The position numbers were made by a program, and so were the translations under genes. Shown here in pieces: positions 1 through 8,194 of a stretch of 18,619 nt of DNA (within the stretch, counting starts at the first letter, position 1; each line of letters starts with the position of its first letter). Origin of the DNA: Escherichia phage FS2B; sequence record MW929183.1; one strand, given 5' to 3'. A model generated the notes under the pieces. The model was not told the origin of the DNA and made no database searches. It saw nothing but the letters and a program-made list of their open reading frames with translations.

Positions 1-610
1 AGATTAGAACGAGCACTAGCAGCATTTTTAGCTCCAGTGCCTCCTCTTTCAACACCTAGAGCCAAATCGCCAACTCTTCCAGGCGAGGTACTGTAACATC
101 CCCACCCATTATTATCCACAAAGAGGTAGGTTTCTTTGTTAGGAGATAGTAATCTACTCTCCCCAGAGGCTTGATCAACTCTATCTATAGATAAATTGGA
201 ACGAGCAGCATCAACAGTAGTTGCCCCTGTACCACCATTAGCTATAGGAATTGTGTTGAGTGTAGCTATGGAGCTTAGACCTAGATTAGAACGAGCACTA
301 GCAGCATTTTTAGCTCCAGTGCCTCCTCTTTCAACACCTAGAGCCAAATCGCCAACTCTTCCAGGCGAGGTACTGTAACATCCCCACCCATTATTATCCA
401 CAAAGAGGTAGGTTTCTTTGTTAGGAGATAGTAATCTACTCTCCCCAGAGGCTTGATCAACTCTATCTATAGATAAATTGGAACGAGCAGCATCAACAGT
501 AGTTGCCCCTGTACCACCATTAGCTATAGGAATTGTGTTGAGTGTAGCTATGGAGCTTAGACCTAGATTAGAACGAGCACTAGCAGCGTCTTTAGCTCCA
601 GTGCCTCCTT
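1..610. repeat. 282-bp tandem direct repeat inside the tail-fibre gene: copies 1-282 and 283-564 identical, third copy from 565 diverges after ~45 bp
   Basis: Direct comparison of 1-282 with 283-564 shows identity over the full unit. 282 = 94 codons, so the repeat is in frame and encodes a duplicated 94-aa module. Copy number to the left of the window is unknown. Confidence 0.9.
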
Positions 611-2081
611 GTGTGACAGACAGTGCTGTAGTGAGTCCCGTGAGGGATGTTATATCAGAGTTTGTACCAGAAGCGGCAGCACCTAAAATTGATCTGGAGA
701 TGTTCACATTACCAGTAATCTCATCAGGAGCTTGGTTATTTACAGTAACAACATAAGGTTTCTGAGCCTGTACAGACCCATTGTACTGAGAGTCTTTATC
801 AGAATCTGGTGCTCTTATTGCCTCCCCTCCAGTCCAATCAGGAAGTCGAATGTTGATAAAATTAGTAGAATCTGCATCGGTAATACCATCTGCCAATTTA
901 CCCCAAGAGAAGTATTGTTTAGCCCCTGCTTGCCATTCAGTTTCAGAAACAACAGGAAGTTGTCCACTGACAAGGGATGGGCCTAAATCTGAAGCAGACT
1001 CTTTAGACACTAGACGACCATCGGCTGGAAGAACGCCCGGATAGGAGATATTCTTCGTTGGGTCATAAGGGAACATTACCATCTCACCAAGATATAGAGA
1101 AGGGTTTCCTGTTGGAATGGTAATGTCAATATTACCACTGGAGTCTGGAGAACGGGAATTAACAGTAAGAATTCTACCTTCAGTTTTAACAGGAGTTAAT
1201 GTTTTGTTAGCAGCAACAGTATAAAATTCATACTTAGTAGCTTCCCAAACTAAGACCTTCTCACCAACTTGGCGATATTGAGCGTCAGCATCAGCTTCTG
1301 CTTTAGATTGATATGTCTTGGTGGTTTTATCAAACTTGTCATTAATCTCTTGACGACTGTACTGAGCAACGTTCAGAACATTCCCTAAACCTACCGTCTC
1401 TTTGTTAAGTGTTAGAGCAACCTCTCCATCAAGAGCTGGACCGCCGTTAATAGAGACAGAACGAACAGATGGGATTAAATTAGCAATGTTATCTAGAGTA
1501 GTTTTGTGGACGGTATTGTCATCTTTGTCAACATAGAAACCTAAATCACCTAGCTCTGGAACACCTGTAGGTGCTGTATCCAAATCCTTAACAGAACCAT
1601 CTTTTCCGGGATCACCTTCTGGAATACCTAAAGAGATTACACCAGTGTTAGGATTAAAAGAGCCAGTAGCCGGAGTTCCCGGAGGGAGAGTTGTTACATC
1701 AACAGACATTCCTAACAGAACATCAAGCTGATTCTGGACTTCAATAAGTTTTTGGTTAATGAGAGCAACGGCATTATTAGCATCCGATACTGCTGCGTTG
1801 GTTTGGGCAATCAGAGTCATCAAACGAGCATCTTGATCCTTAAAATCCTGCTTAAGATCTTCAATATCCTGCTTCATCAGAACACCCTGTTGATATAGAC
1901 GTTCTACTTCAGCGATTAAATCATCAATTGTACCAAACTTAGATTCTGCTAGCAGTGCCCAATATTTGGAGTCAGCTGCATATTCTGCTGCTTGCTTGTA
2001 AGCTCCGATAGAGCCTTCAGTAGCACCAAACTGCCCAACGTTATTCACTGCATCAGGTGCTTGGTTATTATAAACGATCAT
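1..2081 (-). CDS. Tail fibre-like protein, partial (C-terminus lies beyond window start)
   Basis: Minus-strand ORF open from ATG at 2081 to position 1 (>=693 codons), missing from the ORF track only because it has no stop in the window. SD AAGGAGA 4-5 nt upstream. Translation contains repeated IANGGTGATT...ARSNLGL motifs typical of phage tail-fibre repeats, and a short G-X-Y stretch (GDPGKDG). Sits at the distal end of the structural block. Confidence 0.8.
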   Translation of the reverse strand, partial: MIVYNNQAPDAVNNVGQFGATEGSIGAYKQAAEYAADSKYWALLAESKFGTIDDLIAEVERLYQQGVLMKQDIEDLKQDFKDQDARLMTLIAQTNAAVSDANNAVALINQKLIEVQNQLDVLLGMSVDVTTLPPGTPATGSFNPNTGVISLGIPEGDPGKDGSVKDLDTAPTGVPELGDLGFYVDKDDNTVHKTTLDNIANLIPSVRSVSINGGPALDGEVALTLNKETVGLGNVLNVAQYSRQEINDKFDKTTKTYQSKAEADADAQYRQVGEKVLVWEATKYEFYTVAANKTLTPVKTEGRILTVNSRSPDSSGNIDITIPTGNPSLYLGEMVMFPYDPTKNISYPGVLPADGRLVSKESASDLGPSLVSGQLPVVSETEWQAGAKQYFSWGKLADGITDADSTNFINIRLPDWTGGEAIRAPDSDKDSQYNGSVQAQKPYVVTVNNQAPDEITGNVNISRSILGAAASGTNSDITSLTGLTTALSVTQGGTGAKDAASARSNLGLSSIATLNTIPIANGGTGATTVDAARSNLSIDRVDQASGESRLLSPNKETYLFVDNNGWGCYSTSPGRVGDLALGVERGGTGAKNAASARSNLGLSSIATLNTIPIANGGTGATTVDAARSNLSIDRVDQASGESRLLSPNKETYLFVDNNGWGCYSTSPGRVGDLALGVERGGTGAKNAASARSN

Positions 2082-2090
2082 ATTATCTCC

Positions 2091-2843
2091 TTATACACGA
2101 GAAGTACGAATACCATAAATATCAGGCAAGCTGCTCTGAAGCCGAGTCATGTTATTCGGAATTGCGATAGGTGAACCTGAGTACTCTTGTTTCTTATTCT
2201 GCTCTACCATTTCATCAAGGATAGCTTTTCCTAATGCTGACCATTTCTGAACACCGTTATCATCTTGAACAAAGAGACAAGCATGACGTAGGGTGAAGTA
2301 CAGAAGAAGTTCTGGTGCGATAGTAAGAATAGCACTGGTATCTGTATCTTCGTGGAATTCCGGTGGGTCTGCATAATAGCTAAGAATCACTGAGTTTTCT
2401 GCTGGAATTAAAGGGCTTCCATCATCAGGATAAACAGGAGTATCTGCTTCAATACTAGGGTAGAAAATGAAACGACTCCCGAAACGAGCAAAGTTAACAG
2501 GTTGGTTATTCCAGTGAGATGGGTTAATTGTTCCATGCTGTCTACGATAGCTAATCTCCTCAGGAGAGGTTACTTGGAAGATTGTACCATCTTTGGCTCT
2601 CATCATCCATTGAGCTTCTAAGTAATCAGGAGGAATATAAGCTACTCCATCTTTGATATCTAAATACACTTCTTTTTCCAGAGGAGGAATACGTAAGTTA
2701 CGATAAATCTCTTTCTCTGCAAAGTTAATAAAGTTTGGAATTTGATTAACAAATTCATCGTCGTCCCTATCTGCCCAGAGGGCCACGGCCTTCTTTAGCC
2801 ACCCATAGGTATTGATGGGGTATTGAACATCTGGCATTGCCAT
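2091..2843 (-). CDS. Virion structural protein, 250 aa (possible head-tail adaptor or tail protein; function not established)
   Basis: ORF with ATG at 2843 preceded by SD AAGGAGG at 7 nt spacing. Stop is 10 nt before the tail-fibre start. Located between the head genes and the fibre gene. Confidence 0.7.
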   Translation of the reverse strand: MAMPDVQYPINTYGWLKKAVALWADRDDDEFVNQIPNFINFAEKEIYRNLRIPPLEKEVYLDIKDGVAYIPPDYLEAQWMMRAKDGTIFQVTSPEEISYRRQHGTINPSHWNNQPVNFARFGSRFIFYPSIEADTPVYPDDGSPLIPAENSVILSYYADPPEFHEDTDTSAILTIAPELLLYFTLRHACLFVQDDNGVQKWSALGKAILDEMVEQNKKQEYSGSPIAIPNNMTRLQSSLPDIYGIRTSRV

Positions 2844-2906
2844 AGGTTGTCCTCCTTGTTGTATGTAGACAAAGAATATACATTACACACTAGCTTGTAT
2901 AGGTCT

Positions 2907-2938
2907 TAAAACGAAAAAACCCCGCCCGAAGGCAGGGT
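2907..2938 (-). terminator. Rho-independent terminator downstream of the capsid/Ig-like ORFs
   Basis: Minus-strand RNA reads CCCUGCC-UUCG-GGCGGGG followed by UUUUUUCGUUUU: 7-bp GC-rich stem with one G-U pair, UUCG tetraloop, U tract. Confidence 0.6.
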
Positions 2939-2944
2939 CTGATT

Positions 2945-3457
2945 TTAAGCAGGTGTTACACCAGTAAAAGTGCATGTTGCATTGATGGACGGGTCAGCTG
3001 TCAAACTTGCTTGAACAGTAACTTCGCCACTTGCAGCAGCATCTAATTTTAACGAATTATTAGCGCTTATTGTACCAGCTTCTACGGGAGTTACAACAAG
3101 TGTGTAATCATCAGCAACAGAATTGGTTACAGTAAACATGGTGTTGAAGTTAGTGGTAGTACCACCTACTTTACCTGTAATTGGCCCACGACTCACAATA
3201 GTAGGAGCAGGAGCAACAATTTCAGAAATGGTTGCTGTACCAGAAACACCTTCTAAAGTTGCAGTAATGGATACATCAGTGGATTGAGACGCACTCGGAG
3301 CAGTATACAAACCCGACTGAGTGATAGAACCACCTCCTGTCACTGACCAAGTAAAGCCAGTTGTTTCGGTAGAACCATCACTTTTCTCCGCGCTTGCAGT
3401 GAACTGCCGAGTAGCCCCTGTCTCTAGACTTGCTAAAGACGCAGGGCTAACAGTCAC
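2945..3457 (-). CDS. Ig-like domain ORF (T/S/G/A/V-rich, beta-rich), probably expressed as a C-terminal extension of the major capsid protein by -1 frameshifting rather than independently
   Basis: Track ORF begins at GTG 3457 with no SD and no ATG. Its reading frame stays open upstream to 3548, overlapping the last ~26 capsid codons in the -1 frame. Composition resembles bacterial Ig-like decoration domains. Confidence 0.6.
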   Translation of the reverse strand: MTVSPASLASLETGATRQFTASAEKSDGSTETTGFTWSVTGGGSITQSGLYTAPSASQSTDVSITATLEGVSGTATISEIVAPAPTIVSRGPITGKVGGTTTNFNTMFTVTNSVADDYTLVVTPVEAGTISANNSLKLDAAASGEVTVQASLTADPSINATCTFTGVTPA

Positions 3458-3468
3458 ACTGTCTACTG

Positions 3469-4527
3469 TTACGCCGCCACCTTTCCCGCAGCAGTGAACA
3501 GAACGCCGGAAGCGTACGGGTTGCGGTGACGCAGACCAACTTCCATTTCAATCATCCACTTCTCGTAAGAACCGTCTTTAGCCAGTTCAGTACGTTTCGG
3601 AGCACGCAGAACCATCTGAGTCCAGTCAGCGCTACGGAAGAAGTAAACTGCATCGGTAGGCATCCAACGGTTAACGATGATTTTGTAGCTCTGGCCCAGC
3701 GGGTCAGTGATGCTATTAACTTCGTAGATGAACTGCTTGGTGTTCTCAAAGATACGCTTACGTGAACCCTGAGTATTTTCTTGCAGACCAGCAAAGATCT
3801 TAGCATGAGCCGGGTTAATCATGATGATATCTGCTTCAGAACCAGCGGTATACAGTTGCAGAGTCATATCAAAGATATCAGCTTCGTCGAAACCAATGTT
3901 AGTGGTCGGGTTAGAAGCATTCTGTGCAACTTTAACAGTTACTGCACCAGTATCCGGGTCAGCAGGACCATTCTTGGTCTTGTCAACAACGCCACCAGCC
4001 AGACCACCGTGAGCACACAGGAACTGGAATGCACCAGTCTTACGAGCTGCATGGGTGTCATTCAGACCAACAACAGCAGGATCAGTTGCAGAGTTAGTCA
4101 GGTACTGGTCAGCCAGAACGTCGGTACGAGCCTGACCGGACAGAAGGATTTTCTCGAGGTCACGCTTGATCTCTTTACCTTTCTTCTCCAGCTGATACAT
4201 CAGTTCACGACCACGACCGTAGTTAGCGGTGGTGTTAGCAGTATCAGAAACACGAACAACCTTACGCAGAATCTGAGTAACGTTAGATTTGATAACAGTC
4301 GGTTTCATTTCGCCGTCTTCAGCACGAGAGCCTTCGACGTGTGCGTTATTACCGTCAACGCTTGCCAGTGCATCGGTCTGCCAGCTAAAGATAGTCTGGT
4401 TAATAGACTCTTTACCGGTCATAGATACGAACGGGGTATCCTGAGGGGACAGAACAGAAATCCAGTTAGCAAAAGAAAGTTTTTTACCATTCTGGTCATA
4501 CGATACAAATAAAGTTGGATTAGCCAT
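3469..4527 (-). CDS. Major capsid protein, 352 aa
   Basis: ORF directly after the scaffolding gene in the terminase-portal-scaffold-capsid order. ATG 4527, AGGAG ~10 nt upstream, stop TAA at 3469-3471. Size suits an HK97-fold coat protein. Assignment is by synteny and size, not a homology search. Confidence 0.75.
   Translation of the reverse strand: MANPTLFVSYDQNGKKLSFANWISVLSPQDTPFVSMTGKESINQTIFSWQTDALASVDGNNAHVEGSRAEDGEMKPTVIKSNVTQILRKVVRVSDTANTTANYGRGRELMYQLEKKGKEIKRDLEKILLSGQARTDVLADQYLTNSATDPAVVGLNDTHAARKTGAFQFLCAHGGLAGGVVDKTKNGPADPDTGAVTVKVAQNASNPTTNIGFDEADIFDMTLQLYTAGSEADIIMINPAHAKIFAGLQENTQGSRKRIFENTKQFIYEVNSITDPLGQSYKIIVNRWMPTDAVYFFRSADWTQMVLRAPKRTELAKDGSYEKWMIEMEVGLRHRNPYASGVLFTAAGKVAA
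3481..3487 (-). other. Candidate -1 programmed ribosomal frameshift site G GGA AAG in the capsid frame
   Basis: Capsid zero-frame codons GCG GGA AAG GTG GCG GCG TAA. The heptamer GGGAAAG fits X XXY YYZ and matches the slippery sequence used for lambda G/GT. A possible hairpin (AACAGT...ACTGTT, or ACAGT-GUG-ACUGU) starts ~9 nt downstream. Confidence 0.5.
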
Positions 4528-4568
4528 GTTATGTTAGCTCCTATACTATTAATAATTTAATTTGTCGA

Positions 4569-5645
4569 TTAATCTACGAGGAATTTGAATGCGTCTTCGT
4601 GACTAACGCGACCCTCTGCGAATGCCTTGGCAACCTTAGCGTTGTCGGGCTTATTGGAAGTGCGAGACTTTGCAGCATCAGACTTCACAACCTTGCGTGG
4701 AGCACCGGGACGTTTAATCTTAGCCATCACCTGTTGCTTACCTTTATCAAATTGGTATGCTTTATGGAGAGCTAGGAAAATAGACGGACGGTTTTCCTTC
4801 AATACTTCTTCTTCAGTAGCACCTAAGTCAATTGCGTATTGCATTAAGTTTTGATATAAGTTTTCATCCCAATTTGGAATCTCACGTTTCAGAATATTAA
4901 CACATTCAATACTCTTGGCTTGGAAAGCTTCCTGCTCTTTAGCTGCTGCTTCCTGCTTAATACGGACCTGAGCCTGTTCAAGCTGTTGACGGCGAGCTGT
5001 GTACTTCTCTAGGAAACGTTTGTTTTCAACATATGCTTGAGGATCTTCTACTGCAAGCTTGTCCCAATCAAAACCGTTATAATCTTCAATTACTCGGTCT
5101 GCTTCTAAAGACGCTAGTTCTAATACATCCTTCAAACCTACTACACGTTCCTCGAATGCTTCCATATGACGCTGAAGAGTTGATTCTCGTTCTGTCATAT
5201 CAGCACCAGTAAGATAGCCATTAGAAAGTTCTTCAATAGTCATCTCACGTCCATCAGGAAGGGTGATAACGGTTTCGTAGTCTACATCAAAGACTTCACC
5301 TTCACCGTCAGCAGAATCATCTTCATACTCTGCATCGCTTGAATCTTCTTCCTCTTGTTCTTCTGCTTCAGAGGATTCGTCTTCATCTTCTTCGACTTCG
5401 CCTTCCTCTTCACGATCTTCCCAACCATCTTCATCTTCGAACTTAAGCTCATCGCTTTCACCGAGAAGGTCGGTATCAAAGTCGAAATCGTCACCGTCTT
5501 TTTCCGGGAACTCATCGTCAATGTCCACTTCTGGTTCTTGTTCAGATTCTAATCGACCGAGTTCTTCTTTGAAAGAACCTTTCAGGTCATCCAGTTGGAG
5601 GAAAGATTTAAAATCGTTCGGGTCAATATAATTATCTTGTGGCAT
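4569..5645 (-). CDS. Scaffolding protein, 358 aa
   Basis: Very acidic low-complexity N-terminal half (runs of E/D) and helical, coiled-coil-like C-terminal half, positioned between portal and capsid genes. ATG 5645 overlaps the upstream stop by 1 nt (TAATG). Confidence 0.65.
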   Translation of the reverse strand: MPQDNYIDPNDFKSFLQLDDLKGSFKEELGRLESEQEPEVDIDDEFPEKDGDDFDFDTDLLGESDELKFEDEDGWEDREEEGEVEEDEDESSEAEEQEEEDSSDAEYEDDSADGEGEVFDVDYETVITLPDGREMTIEELSNGYLTGADMTERESTLQRHMEAFEERVVGLKDVLELASLEADRVIEDYNGFDWDKLAVEDPQAYVENKRFLEKYTARRQQLEQAQVRIKQEAAAKEQEAFQAKSIECVNILKREIPNWDENLYQNLMQYAIDLGATEEEVLKENRPSIFLALHKAYQFDKGKQQVMAKIKRPGAPRKVVKSDAAKSRTSNKPDNAKVAKAFAEGRVSHEDAFKFLVD

Positions 5646-5881
5646 TATGAAACATCTCCTGCACTATTGATAGCAGCTTTTATGACCTCTTTTAAGCTAC
5701 CAACCATTTTATACTTTTGATAACAATCTTCGCGTTTCTTATTCTCATGAGGTTCTGTTTGAACTATCTCTGTCATGAGTCTTTCTTTCAATGCCTCTAA
5801 TGCTGCGTCAAGACTGCCGTTAAGGTTGAGAGCCGCCAAAGCGGCGGCGTGCTCTTTATTAAATTGATGTCTAATGTTCAT
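5645..5881 (-). CDS. Small hypothetical protein, 78 aa
   Basis: ATG 5881 with SD AAGGA at 6 nt spacing. Stop overlaps the scaffold start codon, suggesting translational coupling. Confidence 0.55.
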   Translation of the reverse strand: MNIRHQFNKEHAAALAALNLNGSLDAALEALKERLMTEIVQTEPHENKKREDCYQKYKMVGSLKEVIKAAINSAGDVS

Positions 5882-5890
5882 TCGACGTCC

Positions 5891-8134
5891 TTAGTTTTTA
5901 CTTCCAAGACGTTTGCCTGGAATCCGTGAATCTTTGAGAGAAGCTTGTTGCTCTTTCTTAGTTACATTAGCTTCTTTCTTTTGGAGTTCCAAAGTTTTAT
6001 CCTGAACACGAGCTTGCTGAACAATCTTCTCTTGGTCTACCTGATGAGACATAACCATCTGCAATTCTTTCAGTACAGATTCATACTGACGTACCTGCTG
6101 TTGCATAAGAGCTAACTTGTGCTTAGCTTGTTCCAGAGTAGCATTGTTATCTTCTTTACGGTTTTCCAGAGTCATTGCATCTGCTGCATTTTCTTGCTTG
6201 AATTGCAACTCTTCCTGACGTAGACTTAATTCATCCGCAGCTTTCTGCTGTTCGAATGTAGTACGTTCACGTTGGTCGAATGCATCAGCAATCATCTTCT
6301 GAGAAGAAGCCTGTACGTTCTCAACCTGAGCTTTAGTCATCTCGAGCTGGAGGATTTCCATCGGAGAAGGTTCTGGAGGCTGATACTGTTCCAGAGGCAG
6401 AAGGTATTTATGTGTATCTTTAATACCCATCAACTCAAAGATCTGTGCAGTCATGTAACGGTCTTGCTCCAAACCAAAGAGAGGTGCTAACTGTGCATCT
6501 GCTGCAATCAGCTGTTTCAAGCTAATCAGCTTCTGTGCACGTTCTGCTTTCTCATTAGGAGAGATGGCTACAACAACTTGAAGGTTGTGACGAGCTGGCA
6601 ATTGTTTCGGATTTACCTGAATCATACCACGAGGGGTTTGTACCTCGATAGGGACTTCACCATTTTCTCTGATAAGATTGTAAATACCACGCATCAGTTC
6701 AACCATACCGTTGTGAGCAATGTTACGACATACCATACGGAGACGGTTCTGTGCAGCATTCATCATCAAGCCTACGGTTGCATAAGCGTTATCATTCTTA
6801 AACACATCAGGGTTGATACCCATGCCTAGTTTAGTTACACCGGTACGTGTCTCTTTAAGCTCCTCAGACATGCCTAGGAGGCCGTCAATACCTTGAGGTA
6901 GGTTATGGTATGGGAACAGGTCAATAGCGTCCTGACGTTCCATTTCAACCACTCCACCGGGACGGTTATCAAGCAGAGAGCGACGATCGTATGCACCAAC
7001 AAGAGCTTTGTATCGACCATAGTTAGCATTGTTGACGTTATCAATATAACCACGAACTAACGCGGTACGTAAATCCTGAATATCTTTCGTAATGTCATAA
7101 ACTGATTGACCATAGAAGGAACCCGGAATCGGATACGGACAGAAGGTTACAAACGGAATGTGAGTTACTTCTTCAGTGTGAAGGATATGCTCACCAGCTT
7201 GAATAACCTGATAGAGTTTAGACTCTTTATTCTTATCTAGAACACCAGTACGAATATAGTGCTCATAAACCCAAACCATAGAAGCGATATCTTCGGTATC
7301 TGTACCAATATCAGCATCAATATCCTGACGCCAGTCAGTACGAGACCAAGCAACTGTAGATTGAGTGGTATCCATCGTATCTGTCCAGTCGTTGAATGCT
7401 TCAATCTCATCTTTAGGGAAGCCCATAGCAACCAGATCTTCTTTAGAACGACGTACACGATGACAGAAGTATTGTGCATCTGCAAAAGAGGTAGCATGTT
7501 CATCAACAAAGATTTGCTCTGAAGGAACATATTCAACTTTCACACGTTTAACAGTTTGTTCATAAGTAACCTTAACATCGACTGTACCGTCTTCATTTTC
7601 TTCAGTGAAGACTTCCAGATTCTTGAGTCCACCAGCTTCTAATCCCTGAACATATGCAGCCAATGCTTCCGGTGGTACACCTTCAGCTTCTTCAGTTTGA
7701 GTAGAAGTTTGTTCATCCCAATAATACTTGATAAAAGAGTTACGAGTAACCAGACATTCTTGTGCAGCAGAAGAGATAATATTGTATCCCGGATTATCAC
7801 GCAGAAGAATTTGGTTAACTAATTTAGTTGCTACATCAGCAGCATCAGAATCCTGTTGGTTGTCAGCTACGAAAGTAACTGCTTCGTCACCAGAACAGAA
7901 TACGTTAATAATATCTTGCAATGTACCGTTAACAGATTCCCAAACAGTACGATCTACCCAACTAGAGCTGCCAGCAGTTACTGGTGCAGGTAAGTTACCA
8001 TAGAAATATTCCCAAGCTTCACGAGCATAGCCCTTAACAGCCATGTCCACGTAGCCTTGAGCGTAATTAAAACGACGTTGAAGGTCAACACGTAACTCGT
8101 CCAACACCTCTTCACTATATTTTTGCTTAGCCAT
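5891..8134 (-). CDS. Portal protein, 747 aa
   Basis: Large ORF immediately downstream of the large terminase gene. ATG 8134 with SD GAGGGAGAG. C-terminal ~150 aa is Q/E/K-rich with heptad character, consistent with a coiled-coil barrel extension as in P22-type portals. Confidence 0.75.
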   Translation of the reverse strand: MAKQKYSEEVLDELRVDLQRRFNYAQGYVDMAVKGYAREAWEYFYGNLPAPVTAGSSSWVDRTVWESVNGTLQDIINVFCSGDEAVTFVADNQQDSDAADVATKLVNQILLRDNPGYNIISSAAQECLVTRNSFIKYYWDEQTSTQTEEAEGVPPEALAAYVQGLEAGGLKNLEVFTEENEDGTVDVKVTYEQTVKRVKVEYVPSEQIFVDEHATSFADAQYFCHRVRRSKEDLVAMGFPKDEIEAFNDWTDTMDTTQSTVAWSRTDWRQDIDADIGTDTEDIASMVWVYEHYIRTGVLDKNKESKLYQVIQAGEHILHTEEVTHIPFVTFCPYPIPGSFYGQSVYDITKDIQDLRTALVRGYIDNVNNANYGRYKALVGAYDRRSLLDNRPGGVVEMERQDAIDLFPYHNLPQGIDGLLGMSEELKETRTGVTKLGMGINPDVFKNDNAYATVGLMMNAAQNRLRMVCRNIAHNGMVELMRGIYNLIRENGEVPIEVQTPRGMIQVNPKQLPARHNLQVVVAISPNEKAERAQKLISLKQLIAADAQLAPLFGLEQDRYMTAQIFELMGIKDTHKYLLPLEQYQPPEPSPMEILQLEMTKAQVENVQASSQKMIADAFDQRERTTFEQQKAADELSLRQEELQFKQENAADAMTLENRKEDNNATLEQAKHKLALMQQQVRQYESVLKELQMVMSHQVDQEKIVQQARVQDKTLELQKKEANVTKKEQQASLKDSRIPGKRLGSKN

Positions 8135-8160
8135 CTATTCTCTCCCTCGGTTGATAGCTT

Positions 8161-8189
8161 AAATAAAAGAAGGGAGGACAAACCTCCCC
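8161..8189 (-). terminator. Hairpin plus U tract between terminase large subunit and portal genes (possible partial terminator/attenuator)
   Basis: Minus-strand RNA GGGAGG-UUUGU-CCUCCC followed by UUCUUUUAUUU. Confidence 0.4.
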
Positions 8190-8194
8190 CTACT

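Noticed and set aside
196-1044. Plus-strand ORFs 196-378, 478-756, 732-986 and 850-1044 from the ORF track
   Set aside because: Antisense to the long minus-strand tail-fibre ORF. Two of them are duplicated only because they fall in the 282-bp repeat. No SD sites. The minus-strand frame is continuous and carries recognisable fibre motifs.
3526-4512. Plus-strand ORFs 3526-3765, 3781-4512 and 3821-4012, and minus-strand ORF 3552-3806
   Set aside because: They lie inside or antisense to the major capsid gene, have skewed low-complexity composition and no convincing ribosome-binding sites. Shadow ORFs of a highly expressed gene.
5282-5552. ORFs 5282-5521 (-) and 5355-5552 (+) inside the scaffolding gene
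   Set aside because: Out-of-frame or antisense readings of the acidic low-complexity scaffold region (poly-K or poly-F translations).
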